Notes: generated from the sequence alone by a model not told the origin. Shown: positions 1-10,199, counted from the stretch's first letter. The stretch: 40,000 nucleotides of DNA from an uncultured Gemmataceae bacterium (GCA_963750165.1 CAVVPN010000012.1:1277436-1317435), one strand, 5' to 3'. Numbers and translations: made by a program.

Positions 1-287
1 GAGTAAAGGAGGTAAACCTGCGCCTCCGCATCCGAGATACCATGCCGATAGGTCCGCACCAATGTTTCGTCGGCAAAGTGCAGCGCGGGCAATTTCCCTG
101 CGTCCGGTCTTGCCTCCCAGGCACTGGACAGTCCCTCCAGTCGCTCGGGAAAGGCAGACACCTCCCGCAACAAGCCAGCCGCCTGGACGGGGCGAACCGA
201 GTCCAGGTGCCAGCACAGAACACGGTCCCCAAGGAGCCCGAGAGCCAGCATCCCGGCGGTCAAGACCAGTCGCGCCGACAGACTCAT
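1..287 (-). CDS. EpsI-family (exosortase-associated) protein, N-terminal part; gene runs off the left window edge
   Basis: ATG at 287-285 is preceded by GGAGGA. Translation starts MSLSARLVLTAGMLALGLLGDRV (anchor/signal helix). It continues ...FPERLEGLSSAWEARPDAGKLPALHFADETLVRTYRHGISDAEAQVYLLY, which fits the EpsI pattern. The start overlaps the exosortase stop (ATGA at 284-287). It is absent from the ORF track because it has no stop inside the window. Confidence 0.5.
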   Translation of the reverse strand, partial: MSLSARLVLTAGMLALGLLGDRVLCWHLDSVRPVQAAGLLREVSAFPERLEGLSSAWEARPDAGKLPALHFADETLVRTYRHGISDAEAQVYLLY

Positions 288-1153
288 GGTGTTGGTTCCT
301 CCGACTGGTCCGGTCGAGGTTTCCCGACGAAACATCGGTCGGTCAGGACGAGCAGTCCAAGTCCCAGGGGCAGCGTGAACAGAGCCGGGGTGTGGTGGAG
401 CCAGCCTTCCAGCAGACCGGCGCCGCCAGCGGACACGACGAGGGCAATCGCCAGAATGCGGACCACGTTGGCCCCGATCGCCAGTGGCACTGCTGCGAAC
501 AACAGGGGCAGGCGGCGGGGCCACCTCCGACCTCCAAGATGGCCGACCAGGGCGGCACAGGCCACGAACGCTTCCAGTTGACGCAGACCGCTGCACTCCT
601 CCGCAACCACCAGGGGCTCATCGACGCCGGCCAGGCGGATGACGTTGCCGTATCGGTAGCAAACGAGGAAGCATTCCAGCACGGCAGTGCTCGACCAGGA
701 CACGGCATCCATGAGCCACAGTCCTGCGGCGGCGGTCCATCGGAATGGCAGTGGGAACAGGAAAAACAGGAACGCCAGGGGGAAACGGAAGCGCCGCGCC
801 CAGGCCAGCCCGCCCAGCACCAGGGCCGCCCCGCGCAGGACCAGCACCAGGCCGACGTAATCCACCAGCGGCTGACCCAGGACTCTGGCGGCCAGGTGCA
901 ACAGACACCCCGCCAGGATTTCCAGAGACCCGAGTCCCGGCCGAGCCTCGCCCCGGAGTGGCCCCTGACGGGCACAGCGCCAGGCCAGCCAGGCGGCGAC
1001 CGGCAGCACCAGGAACCCGTGCGAATAGTTCGGATCGGACCCCCAGAGTGCCAGTAACTCGACGACGGTGCCGCCGTACAGCGCCACCACCAGCAGCGCA
1101 CTCAACCCACCCCCGAGTACCATCCGAACCGGGCAGGAAGACTGGGCTGACAT
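284..1153 (-). CDS. exosortase (EpsH/Xrt family) polytopic membrane transpeptidase
   Basis: Same frame as track ORF 284..1789(-). I place the start at ATG 1153 (MSAQSSCPVRMVLGGGLSALLVVALYG...). There are multiple hydrophobic helices. The ordered exosortase signatures are present: VVAEECSGLRQLEAF (Cys), AIGANVVRILAIAL (N..R) and GWLHHTPAL (His). The upstream 636 nt of the track ORF look non-coding. Confidence 0.8.
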   Translation of the reverse strand: MSAQSSCPVRMVLGGGLSALLVVALYGGTVVELLALWGSDPNYSHGFLVLPVAAWLAWRCARQGPLRGEARPGLGSLEILAGCLLHLAARVLGQPLVDYVGLVLVLRGAALVLGGLAWARRFRFPLAFLFFLFPLPFRWTAAAGLWLMDAVSWSSTAVLECFLVCYRYGNVIRLAGVDEPLVVAEECSGLRQLEAFVACAALVGHLGGRRWPRRLPLLFAAVPLAIGANVVRILAIALVVSAGGAGLLEGWLHHTPALFTLPLGLGLLVLTDRCFVGKPRPDQSEEPTP

Positions 1154-1701
1154 TTCCAGACTTTCCGGGGAGAGGGGATGGCCCCCCGGGGAAAGACCCG
1201 CGTTCACCTGAGAACCTCGCCATCGTACCGGCTCGAACCCACTGCTAGAAACCAGGACCCGGAAAGCCGGGGAAGAGAAATCGCGCAAGGAACTATGCCC
1301 GCCGTTTTCCTGGCGACCAAGTTGTTGCGGTCGCTCAATACGGGATTTTCCCAGGGCCGGTGGTAAACCGGAACAAGGGTAGGCAATCTGCCGGCAAGCC
1401 CTGACAGGGAACCGGGAAAAATTACAAACGCCTCTTTGCGGAACGTGGACTATGGTTAATCTGATGGACAAACTCCCAGGCCGTACTGGGGAAAAACTTA
1501 GTACCACCCTTGCGTTTGCTCCCTCGGAGAGTCCAAGAAATTCACCCATTCCGTCCCGCCCGGTCGGAAGCGAGTCTGCGGCGTCCCAGGGACGGATTTG
1601 GTAATTCGCGCCGTGAGGTTCAGGAGGATATTTCTGGCAATTTTCAGGCGCAGAGTCGCGCAGAGGGGGGAACGCAGCACAGGAATCGCTGGAGAATCCT
1701 A

Positions 1702-4700
1702 GTGACTGTCCCCTCGCGCAACCGCTTTTCCGCATTGATTCGCAAGTGGTTCTTGGCTGACCGGCGTCTCCCCCACTCCCGATCAACACCCGTCCGCCGG
1801 GTTCGACTCTCCTTTGACCAGCTCGAAGACCGGACGGTTCTGTCCCCGGTGCCCCTGGCCACGCTCAACGTCCCGGCCCAGAACTTCATCGGCGAAAACC
1901 TGGATTTCGATGTCAGTTTTCAGAACGCCAGCGGCACGCCTACGGATGTGGGCTACGGCCCGTTCATCGACCTGGTGTTGCCGTACAACGGCGCCCTCGG
2001 CAACCACGGTACGTCCACGCCCAACGGCATCAACTTCCTGAGTGCCACTTACCTCGGCCAGCCGGTGACGGCCACGGTCCAGACCTTCCCTGGTCCCGGC
2101 GTCACGGGGACCGTCAACGATCCCTACGCCGTGGATACCACCAACACCCCGCTCCCGGTCCAGGGCACTGCTGGCGACGAACTGGTGACGCTGCAGCTGC
2201 CTTTCGGCTCCTTCACGCCGGGACAGCCCGCGGCCGATGTGGTCGTCCACACTTCGCTGAGCAATCTGGCAGTCCTGGGCACGCCACTGCCCATCGAAGC
2301 CCGCGCCGGCTTCCAGTACGGAGCCGACCCACTCAACGACCCGTCCACCGACCCAAGCATCGTCAACTCCTTCAGCAACAACAGCGCCACCTGGAGCAGT
2401 GAGTCGGTCACACCCACACTGATCAAATTGACCAAGACCTACCTCGGACCGGAGCAGGAAACCGCCACGGGCCCGGACTTCCCGCACCAGTACCTCCTCA
2501 ACGTGGACGTGGCCAACGGCCAGACGATCAACAACCTCGACATCACCGACGTGCTGCCGAACAACATGCAGTTCGTGAGCGTCAACTCGGTCACCGGCAC
2601 CGGCACCACCCTGGTGACCACGCCGGCCGGGAACACCGCGACCACCACCACCCCAGGCGGTATCCTGATCCGCCAGCTGAACCAGGTGACCGGCACCACC
2701 GGGAGCGACGATGCCCAGCTGCTCTTCACCTTTTACATTCCGCGCGACGACAACATGGGCAACCAGGTGCTGGACCTGACCAGCGGCGCCTTCACGACCT
2801 CGACCGACCAGGCTTCCGCCCAGGGCACCTGGACGCCCATCGACCCTCGGCAATCGACGACGACCGTGACCAGCAACGTGGCCACGAACACCATCACCGA
2901 CAAGTCCATCGCCATCCAGAAATCCGTGGCGGACGTGATCGACACAGGCGCCCTGGGTCCGACCCCCGGCGACACCTTGCTGTACACGCTGAACATCCAG
3001 GTCTCGGATTTCTTCGCCTTCAACAACCTCGTCGCCCTGGACCAGTTCTCGGACGGCCAGAGCTTCGACCCCACCTACATGCCGACCCTCACGGTGACCG
3101 AACAGGGCAGCACGACCTCCGGAACCCTCGCGACCGCCAACTACGTCCTGGGCAGCCAGGACGGCACGACCGGTATCACCCCGCTCACCTTCAATCTCTC
3201 GAACGAACTGCTCAGCCGGGCGTTCTTCGGCGGCATGATGCTGGGCGGGTCCATCCCGCCTGGCGGCACCGGCAGTTCGGCCACGCTGCCGAGCCCGACC
3301 CCGAGCTTCGGGGCCGCCACCGCGACCATCACGTTCCGCACGACGATCAACGACGCCTACAACGTGACGTACCCCAGCGGCGACGCCGCCGTGGACGAAG
3401 GCGACGTGCTGTCCAACAACGTGAACGTCACCGGCAACGTCCTGAGTTACAGCAACCTGACCCCGGACGGCAACACCCGCACCGACAACAGCAGCGCGGG
3501 AGTGACCATCGCCCGCGGCGTCCTCTCCAAGTCCATCTACGCCATCAACGGGAACACGACCGTCCCGGCGACGTCCCAGGTGTCCCCCGGCGACATGGTC
3601 ACTTACCGCCTGCAATACACCCTGCCGACCTCCTCGGCCGAGAGCGTTGTGCTGTCCGACTTCCTGCCGCTGCCGGTCTTCAGTGCCACAGAAGTGACGA
3701 CGTTCAATAACACTACCACGGGCATTCCCGCCGCCGGCCAGGCCCAGTACGGCCCCGGGGCCACGTTCCACAGCATCTTCCCGACCGCGGTGCCGACCGT
3801 GACCACGGACGCGGCCGCCAACAGCGTGGCCTTCAACTTCGGCACCTTTAACGACCCGCAGAATCGCACTTCCACCATCGACATCCTGTTCACGGTCACG
3901 GTCAGCGACCAACCCTTCGCCGACGGGCTGTTCCTGACCAACCAGGCCCACGAGTCCGAAGGCAGCACCTTCGACCAGACCGCGACCGCCAACGCCATCG
4001 TCCAGATCAAGGTGGATGAGCCCTCCATCGTGGCGATCCGTAAGGGCATCGTCTCGACCGACGACCCCGCCAACCAGTTCTCGGCTCCGATTTCACCGGC
4101 CGGCGTCACCTTCCAGGCACCCGACCAGCCCGCCAACGGCGGCGGCGGCCAGTTCACTGGCCTGATCGACTCGGCCAACCTGGGCAGTTCCCTCAACGCG
4201 AACGTCTCGGGCGTGGACGCAGGCGACCTGGTGAAGTTCGTCCTGACCGTGCAAAACACCGGCTCAAGCCCCCACGGCGCCTTCGACATCACCTTCACCG
4301 ACAACCTGCCGGCCGGCTTCGCCATCCCGAGCACCGTTCAGGGCCTCAACCTGAACATCACCGATGGCTCCGGCATCCCGCTCAACTATGTAGGCCTCGG
4401 CGGCGGTCCCGACGGCATCAACGGCACCCCTGACGACCTCTTCGGCAATGGCATCGAACTGGTGGACCCGAGTTCCACCGAGGGCGCCCTGGCCCCCGGG
4501 CAGGACGCGAACGGCAATGTCATCGCCGACGGCCACAACATCGCGATCGTCACCTTTGATCTGGCCCTCACCGGCTCGGTCACGCCCCAGGAGACGATCA
4601 CCAACACCGCGACGCTGGCGAACTACGCGGGCACCCCGGGCGGCCCGAACTACACCGGCCTGAACGGCAACAACACCGACACGGCGACTACCACGATTGC

Positions 4701-7700
4701 CAGCCCGTCGGCCTCGAAAATCCTGGTTGGCACCTCCATCACTAACGCGAATAACAGTGCAACCCAGGCGGTCATCGGCGAGACGGCGACCTATTCCGTG
4801 ACCGTCACCGTGCCCGAAGGACAGTCGCCGAACCTGGCCGTGGTCGATACGCTGGGCCCCGGCCTGGCGTTCGTGGCTCTCACCGGAGTGAGTCGGTCGA
4901 GCACTGACCTGACCACCACCCAGGGCACGGGCGACTTCTCGCAGGTCAGCGACTTCGCACCGACCGTGACCGGAAACGGCCTGAACGTCACCTTCAACCT
5001 CGGCACCGTCACGAACGCCAACCGTGACAACAGTGTGGCGGAAACCATCACGTTGACTTACACCGCCGTGGTGCTGGACGTTGCCGGCAACCAGAGCGGC
5101 ACCCAGCTACGCAACTCGGCCCAGGTCACCTGGGCAGGCGGCAACATCGCCTCGGTGTCGGCGCCCAGCGTGACGGTGATCGAGCCGAAACTGCTCTCCA
5201 CCAAAACCGTGGTGGTCAACGGCAGCGGCACCACCGGCGACGCGGGCGACCCTGTCTTATACACCATTACCCTGAGCCAGCCCGCCGCCAGCCAGACCGA
5301 CGCCTTCAACGTGACCTTCCTCGACAACATCTCGACCCTCATCAACGTCGCCGGTTACAGCGTCGTGGACAGCGCCGGCCTCGTGACCGCCGCGGACATC
5401 ACACTGACGGGCAACACCCTGCAAACCGCCTCGGCGAACGGCTTCGACTGGCTGTACAACCCCTCCCGGACCATTACCATTACCGTCACCGGGACGTTAA
5501 CCCAGGCGGTGATGCCTGGTCAGGTCATCCCCAACAACGCGGACCTGTACTGGACCAGCTTGCCCGGCAACCCAGGACAGATCTCCTCCTACAACACGAA
5601 CTCCACGGAACGAACCGGGGCCGGCGGCGTCGATGACTATTTCTCCCAGAGCACTGCGGACGTTCAGATCGTCACCCCCACGCCGGTCAAGATGGTGGTA
5701 GCGACCTCGGAAGCCTCCACCGCGGGGAACAACGTGGCCATCGGTGAGATCGTCCACTACCACCTCGCCACCGTGATCGCGGAAGGCTCTGCCCCAGGCT
5801 TCGTGCTGATCGACAACATGCCGGCGGGACTGGAATTCCTGAACGACGGCACGGCCACGGTCGCCTTCGTGGCCAACCAGGCCGGCATCAGTTCCTCGGG
5901 GCCCCTGGCCATCAGCGGCGCTGGCCTGGACATCACCGGCAACACCGGGAACGTGACGCCGACCTTCGCCCTGCCGGACATCAACGTCTCCAGCAGCGCC
6001 ACCAGCAACGTGGACAATTACGGCTCCGGCACGTCGGTGTACTTCAAGATGGGCGACCTGGCCAACGGCGACCGCGACGCGGACTCCGAGTACGTCGTCG
6101 TGGAATTCAACGCCCTGGTCCTGAACGTGACCGGCAATCACCGGGGCGTGAACCTGGACAACACCTACACGGTGCAGGTCAACAACACCAACATCGCCAC
6201 CTCCGCCGCCGCCCGCGTGACGGTGGTCGAGCCGAACGTCACCGTCGCCAAGACCGTGACGACGGTCCCCACCGACGCCGGGGACACGGTCGTGTACAGC
6301 ATCGTCATCACCAACAACACCAGTGTGGGGAACGTCTCGACGGCCTTCGACGTTCATGCCCTGGACACCCTCAATGCCAACCTGACCATCAACAACCCAG
6401 CCACGGACGTAGCCGTCGTCAGCCAGCCCGGCTACGCCACCGTCACCAACAACTCGACCGCCGGCGCGGTGGACGTATCGATCAACCAGCTCCAACCGGG
6501 CAACTCCGTGACGCTGCAGGTAACAGCGCATGTGTCCGCCACCGCCGTGGCCGGCGTGACCATCCCCAACAGTGTCGCCGTCACCTACACCAGCCTGCCG
6601 GGAACCGGCACTCAGGGCAACCCGACCGGCTCCAACACTCCCGGCGGCAGCGGCGCCGGCAACGGCGAGCGCGACGGCTCCGGCGGGGCGGGCACCCTCA
6701 ACGGCTACGACAGCAGCGCATCCGCCAGCGTGACCCTAGCCACGCCGCAGATCACGAAGCAGTTCGCCGACGTGCCGGATCCGACCAGTGAACCGTCCAC
6801 CACCGGCAGCAACGTCGCCATCGGCGAGACCGTGTCTTACGACCTGCTGGTCACGCTGCCCGAGGGCGTCACCCAGAACCTGGTGGTGACGGACACGCCA
6901 GCTGCCGGCCTCGGCTACGTCGGCTACAGCATCATCACCACGGCCGGTGGCCGGCTCGCCGCCGACTACAACGGCACCCTGCCGGCGCCCGTCGTGACCG
7001 CGTCCGGCGGCAGTGAACTGTTCACCTTTGGCAACGTCACCACCGCGGATGACAATGTCGCCGACAACAACGCCTTCGTGATCCGGGTCACCGCCCACGT
7101 GCTGAACGTCGGTGGCAACGTCACCGGCACCACCCTGCCCAATCACGGCTCCCTGACCTACACCAACGGCACCAGCGGCACCAACACCACGGTCAACAGC
7201 CCGATGGATCCGACCGTCACGGTGGTGCAACCCCAGCTGACCATCGCTAAAACCTTCAGCATTACCCGCGGCGACGCCGGCGATCCGGTCACCGTGACGC
7301 TGACGATGCAGAACACCGGCAACGCCACCGCGTTCGACGTGACCCTGGCTGACCCCATCAATCCGGCCAACCTCACCAACATCGCCGCGGGTACCACGCC
7401 GGCGGGGTTCACCTTCGGCTACGCCGCCAACACCGTGACCTACACCGGCCCTTCCATCGCTCCGAACACCACCCTCACGTTCGCCTTCACCGCCAACCTG
7501 ACCACCACGGTTGCCCCGGGCACGACGGTCGGCAACACCGCCACCGTCACGCAGTACTCAAGCCTGCCGGGTGCTGTCCCAGGAGAGCGGACTTACGGGC
7601 CGGTGTCGGGCAGCGCCACGCTTACCGTGAACACCAACGCGATCAGCGGGTTCGTCTATCGGGACAATAACAATAACGGCAGCTATGAGCCGGGCCTGGG

Positions 7701-9345
7701 CGAAACCGGTATCGGTTCCGTCGCGATTTCCCTCACGGGCACGGATTACCTGGGCAATACTGTCAATGTCATGACGACGACGGCGGCCAACGATTCGTAC
7801 AGCTTCACAGGCTTGCGGCCGGGGACGTATCAGCTCGCCGAGACGCAGCCCGCGGGGTTCCTGAGTGGCAAGGACACGTCCGGCACCATGTTCGGCGGCA
7901 CCGCCAACTCGGCGGCGGATCAGATCACGGGGATCACGATTCCGCGCGAATCCAACACTGCGGGTGTGAGCTACAACTTCGGCGAACTGGTGCCGGCGAG
8001 CGTGGCCGGCTTCGTGTACGAGGACAGCAACAACGATGGCATCAAACAGGCCGGCGAGCCCTTCATCCCCGGCGTGGCGATCACCCTGACGGGCACCGAC
8101 GACCTCGGGAACATGGTGAACCAGACGACCACCACCTCGGCGGTGGACGGTTCGTACAGCTTCACGAACCTGCGACCCGGCTCCTACGGGATTCAGGAGA
8201 CGCAGCCGGCGGCGTACCTGGACGGCAAGGACACCATCGGCACGCAGGGCGGCACCACGACCAATGATCGCTTCAGCGTCAACCTGAATGCGGGTGTGAC
8301 CGGGACCATGAACAACTTCGGGGAGTTGCGGCCCGCCCAGATCGGCGGGTTCGTGTACGACGACAGTTCAAACGACAACGGCGTCAAGGATCCCGGCGAA
8401 CCAGGTATTAGCGGCGTGACCCTCACCCTGACAGGAACCAACGACCTCGGCAACATGGTGAGCCAGACCACGACCACCGCGGCGGACGGCTCGTACAGTT
8501 TCGGGACACTCAGGCCGGGCACTTACCAGATCACCGAGACGCAGCCAGCGGCTTACCTGGAGGGCAAGGACGCGGTCGGCACGCAGGGCGGGAGCAACAC
8601 GATCAACGACGTGATCTCCGGGGCGGTGCTCACTGAGGGAACCAACGGGCAGAACAACAACTTCGGTGAACTGCGGCCGTCGAGCCTGTCCGGCTTCGTG
8701 TACCAGGACACGAACAACAACGGCATGATGGATCCCAGCGAGAACGGCATCCACGGCGTCACCGTGACCCTGACGGGGACGGACGACGTCGGCAACGCGG
8801 TCAACCAGACGTTTGTGACTGGTAGCACCGGTGCGTACTCGTTCACGAACCTGCGGCCGGGTACGTATACGGTCGTGGAAACCCAGCCGAGCAACTGGGT
8901 GGAAGGCAAGGACACACTGGGCATCTCGAGCGGCAACGCCGCCACTCAGGACCAGTTCACCAACGTCGTCCTGGGGGGTGGCGTGAACGCCACTGGCTAC
9001 CTGTTCGGCGAACTGGCGCCGGTGGTGACCAATATCACCGGTCAGGTGAAGACGACCCTGTGCGGCCTGGTTTACAACCGCAGCACGAGACTGTGGTCGG
9101 AAAGTGTCACGTTCACCAACACGAGTGCCGTGACGATGACCGGCACCTTCCAGATGGTGCTCAACAACCTGCCGCCGGGGGTGACGCTGACGAACGCCAG
9201 CGGCTACACGCCAGGTGGCAGTCCGTTCATCCTGGTGACCCAGAGTTCGCTGGCGCCCGGGGCTACCCTGTCGGTGTTGCTCCAGTTTTCGACGACCGGG
9301 GCGCCCGTCAGCTTCACGACGCAGTTGTACTCCGGCGTTTATTGA
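1702..9345 (+). CDS. giant secreted/surface repeat protein (DUF11-like modules plus four SdrD B-like/Cna-B-type repeats), about 2,547 aa
   Basis: Single uninterrupted ORF (track 1510..9345). The likely start is GTG 1702, with GGAGA 6 nt upstream. This gives VTVPSRNRFSALIRKWFLADRR...RLSFDQLEDRTVLSP, an N-terminus typical of planctomycete giant proteins. The body has at least 9 modules with [AP]GD.V.Y.[IL] or IGE..Y...V..PEG motifs, each followed by D..P.G[LF]. Four SdrD-B-like repeats follow (GFVY.D.NN.G...G..GV...LTGTD..GN...T.T...G.Y.F..LRPG.Y...ETQP). The start codon is uncertain. Confidence 0.85.
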   Translation: MTVPSRNRFSALIRKWFLADRRLPHSRSTPVRRVRLSFDQLEDRTVLSPVPLATLNVPAQNFIGENLDFDVSFQNASGTPTDVGYGPFIDLVLPYNGALGNHGTSTPNGINFLSATYLGQPVTATVQTFPGPGVTGTVNDPYAVDTTNTPLPVQGTAGDELVTLQLPFGSFTPGQPAADVVVHTSLSNLAVLGTPLPIEARAGFQYGADPLNDPSTDPSIVNSFSNNSATWSSESVTPTLIKLTKTYLGPEQETATGPDFPHQYLLNVDVANGQTINNLDITDVLPNNMQFVSVNSVTGTGTTLVTTPAGNTATTTTPGGILIRQLNQVTGTTGSDDAQLLFTFYIPRDDNMGNQVLDLTSGAFTTSTDQASAQGTWTPIDPRQSTTTVTSNVATNTITDKSIAIQKSVADVIDTGALGPTPGDTLLYTLNIQVSDFFAFNNLVALDQFSDGQSFDPTYMPTLTVTEQGSTTSGTLATANYVLGSQDGTTGITPLTFNLSNELLSRAFFGGMMLGGSIPPGGTGSSATLPSPTPSFGAATATITFRTTINDAYNVTYPSGDAAVDEGDVLSNNVNVTGNVLSYSNLTPDGNTRTDNSSAGVTIARGVLSKSIYAINGNTTVPATSQVSPGDMVTYRLQYTLPTSSAESVVLSDFLPLPVFSATEVTTFNNTTTGIPAAGQAQYGPGATFHSIFPTAVPTVTTDAAANSVAFNFGTFNDPQNRTSTIDILFTVTVSDQPFADGLFLTNQAHESEGSTFDQTATANAIVQIKVDEPSIVAIRKGIVSTDDPANQFSAPISPAGVTFQAPDQPANGGGGQFTGLIDSANLGSSLNANVSGVDAGDLVKFVLTVQNTGSSPHGAFDITFTDNLPAGFAIPSTVQGLNLNITDGSGIPLNYVGLGGGPDGINGTPDDLFGNGIELVDPSSTEGALAPGQDANGNVIADGHNIAIVTFDLALTGSVTPQETITNTATLANYAGTPGGPNYTGLNGNNTDTATTTIASPSASKILVGTSITNANNSATQAVIGETATYSVTVTVPEGQSPNLAVVDTLGPGLAFVALTGVSRSSTDLTTTQGTGDFSQVSDFAPTVTGNGLNVTFNLGTVTNANRDNSVAETITLTYTAVVLDVAGNQSGTQLRNSAQVTWAGGNIASVSAPSVTVIEPKLLSTKTVVVNGSGTTGDAGDPVLYTITLSQPAASQTDAFNVTFLDNISTLINVAGYSVVDSAGLVTAADITLTGNTLQTASANGFDWLYNPSRTITITVTGTLTQAVMPGQVIPNNADLYWTSLPGNPGQISSYNTNSTERTGAGGVDDYFSQSTADVQIVTPTPVKMVVATSEASTAGNNVAIGEIVHYHLATVIAEGSAPGFVLIDNMPAGLEFLNDGTATVAFVANQAGISSSGPLAISGAGLDITGNTGNVTPTFALPDINVSSSATSNVDNYGSGTSVYFKMGDLANGDRDADSEYVVVEFNALVLNVTGNHRGVNLDNTYTVQVNNTNIATSAAARVTVVEPNVTVAKTVTTVPTDAGDTVVYSIVITNNTSVGNVSTAFDVHALDTLNANLTINNPATDVAVVSQPGYATVTNNSTAGAVDVSINQLQPGNSVTLQVTAHVSATAVAGVTIPNSVAVTYTSLPGTGTQGNPTGSNTPGGSGAGNGERDGSGGAGTLNGYDSSASASVTLATPQITKQFADVPDPTSEPSTTGSNVAIGETVSYDLLVTLPEGVTQNLVVTDTPAAGLGYVGYSIITTAGGRLAADYNGTLPAPVVTASGGSELFTFGNVTTADDNVADNNAFVIRVTAHVLNVGGNVTGTTLPNHGSLTYTNGTSGTNTTVNSPMDPTVTVVQPQLTIAKTFSITRGDAGDPVTVTLTMQNTGNATAFDVTLADPINPANLTNIAAGTTPAGFTFGYAANTVTYTGPSIAPNTTLTFAFTANLTTTVAPGTTVGNTATVTQYSSLPGAVPGERTYGPVSGSATLTVNTNAISGFVYRDNNNNGSYEPGLGETGIGSVAISLTGTDYLGNTVNVMTTTAANDSYSFTGLRPGTYQLAETQPAGFLSGKDTSGTMFGGTANSAADQITGITIPRESNTAGVSYNFGELVPASVAGFVYEDSNNDGIKQAGEPFIPGVAITLTGTDDLGNMVNQTTTTSAVDGSYSFTNLRPGSYGIQETQPAAYLDGKDTIGTQGGTTTNDRFSVNLNAGVTGTMNNFGELRPAQIGGFVYDDSSNDNGVKDPGEPGISGVTLTLTGTNDLGNMVSQTTTTAADGSYSFGTLRPGTYQITETQPAAYLEGKDAVGTQGGSNTINDVISGAVLTEGTNGQNNNFGELRPSSLSGFVYQDTNNNGMMDPSENGIHGVTVTLTGTDDVGNAVNQTFVTGSTGAYSFTNLRPGTYTVVETQPSNWVEGKDTLGISSGNAATQDQFTNVVLGGGVNATGYLFGELAPVVTNITGQVKTTLCGLVYNRSTRLWSESVTFTNTSAVTMTGTFQMVLNNLPPGVTLTNASGYTPGGSPFILVTQSSLAPGATLSVLLQFSTTGAPVSFTTQLYSGVY
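7642..9025 (+). repeat. four tandem coding repeats of about 345 nt (SdrD B-like domains) inside the giant gene
   Basis: Repeat units start near 7642 (ISGFVYRDNNNNG), 8001 (VAGFVYEDSNNDG), 8341 (IGGFVYDDSSNDNG) and 8686 (LSGFVYQDTNNNG). Each ends in NFGEL[RV]P or YLFGELAP. Confidence 0.8.
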
Positions 9346-9398
9346 GGCGCGGCCGCGGGCGGAACCGGGGCCCTTTTGTTTCCGAGACCGAGACCGAG

Positions 9399-10091
9399 AT
9401 GACCGCCATGTTCAGCCTCCAACTGTGGAGCCGAGTGGGGATCGCCGCGCTGGCCGGGGTGCTGGGGTTCGCGGCGGGGGGGCGTGTTTCGGCCGGGCCG
9501 ATTTATTACCAGGTGCAGGTCAACACCTCCGCCCTGGCCGGTCAGACCGGAGACATCCTCTTCCAGTTCAACCCGGCCAGCGCCGCCACGGCCCAGGCCA
9601 AGGCCGTGGTGAGCAACTTTCAGGTGCAGGGCGGTGCAGTCCTGGGACCGCAGCAGTTCGGCCCGGGCTACACTGAGGGCTCGGTCTCGGGCTCTCTGCC
9701 CGGCCCCGCCACGCTGAATAATGCGTTCCCGCCGCCCAACTCCATTGACCACGTCTTCACCTATGGATCCGGCTTCAGCTTCAATGTGGAATTCACCGGG
9801 CCAGGGACGATCACGCCGTCCCCCAACGGCGAGTCGAGCTTTTTCACGCTGTTCCTCTACGACCAGAACGGCAACACGCCCCTGCAGACGGACCCGAGTG
9901 GTGCGTCCCTGGGCATCTGCGTCGGCGGCAACTGCCAGAACTTCGGTGACCCCGTGGCCATCGCCACCCAGGTCCACCCGACACCCGAGCCCGCGTCCCT
10001 GGTAGCGTTCGGGGCCGCCCTGGTGGCGGCGGTGTACTACTCGCGCTGGCGTCAACGGCGCGTCCTCGCGAAGCCTTCCCGCCCTGCGTAA
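9399..10091 (+). CDS. PEP-CTERM sorting-domain protein (exosortase substrate)
   Basis: ATG 9399 is in frame with track ORF 9060..10091. The N-terminal signal is MTAMFSLQLWSRVGIAALAGVLGFAAGGRVSAG. The C-terminus carries the tripartite PEP-CTERM signal: PTPEPAS, then LVAFGAALVAAVYY (TM helix), then SRWRQRR (basic). Confidence 0.85.
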   Translation: MTAMFSLQLWSRVGIAALAGVLGFAAGGRVSAGPIYYQVQVNTSALAGQTGDILFQFNPASAATAQAKAVVSNFQVQGGAVLGPQQFGPGYTEGSVSGSLPGPATLNNAFPPPNSIDHVFTYGSGFSFNVEFTGPGTITPSPNGESSFFTLFLYDQNGNTPLQTDPSGASLGICVGGNCQNFGDPVAIATQVHPTPEPASLVAFGAALVAAVYYSRWRQRRVLAKPSRPA

Positions 10092-10199
10092 GCGCACCGG
10101 GGTGATCTCAGGTGGTCGAGTCAGCTCCGACCGGTTCGCCGATCCATACAATGCCGGGGTGGGCACTTCGGCGCAGGAAGTCCCGAGAGGAGGACCACG

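Noticed and set aside
1783-6531. Long minus-strand ORFs inside the giant gene (for example 1783..3951, 722 aa, and 5497..6531, 344 aa), plus many shorter ones
   Set aside because: They are antisense to a clearly coding, domain-rich ORF. Their composition is Arg/Gly/Val/Asp-rich and low in complexity, as expected from stop-poor antisense frames in high-GC DNA. They contain no recognisable motifs.
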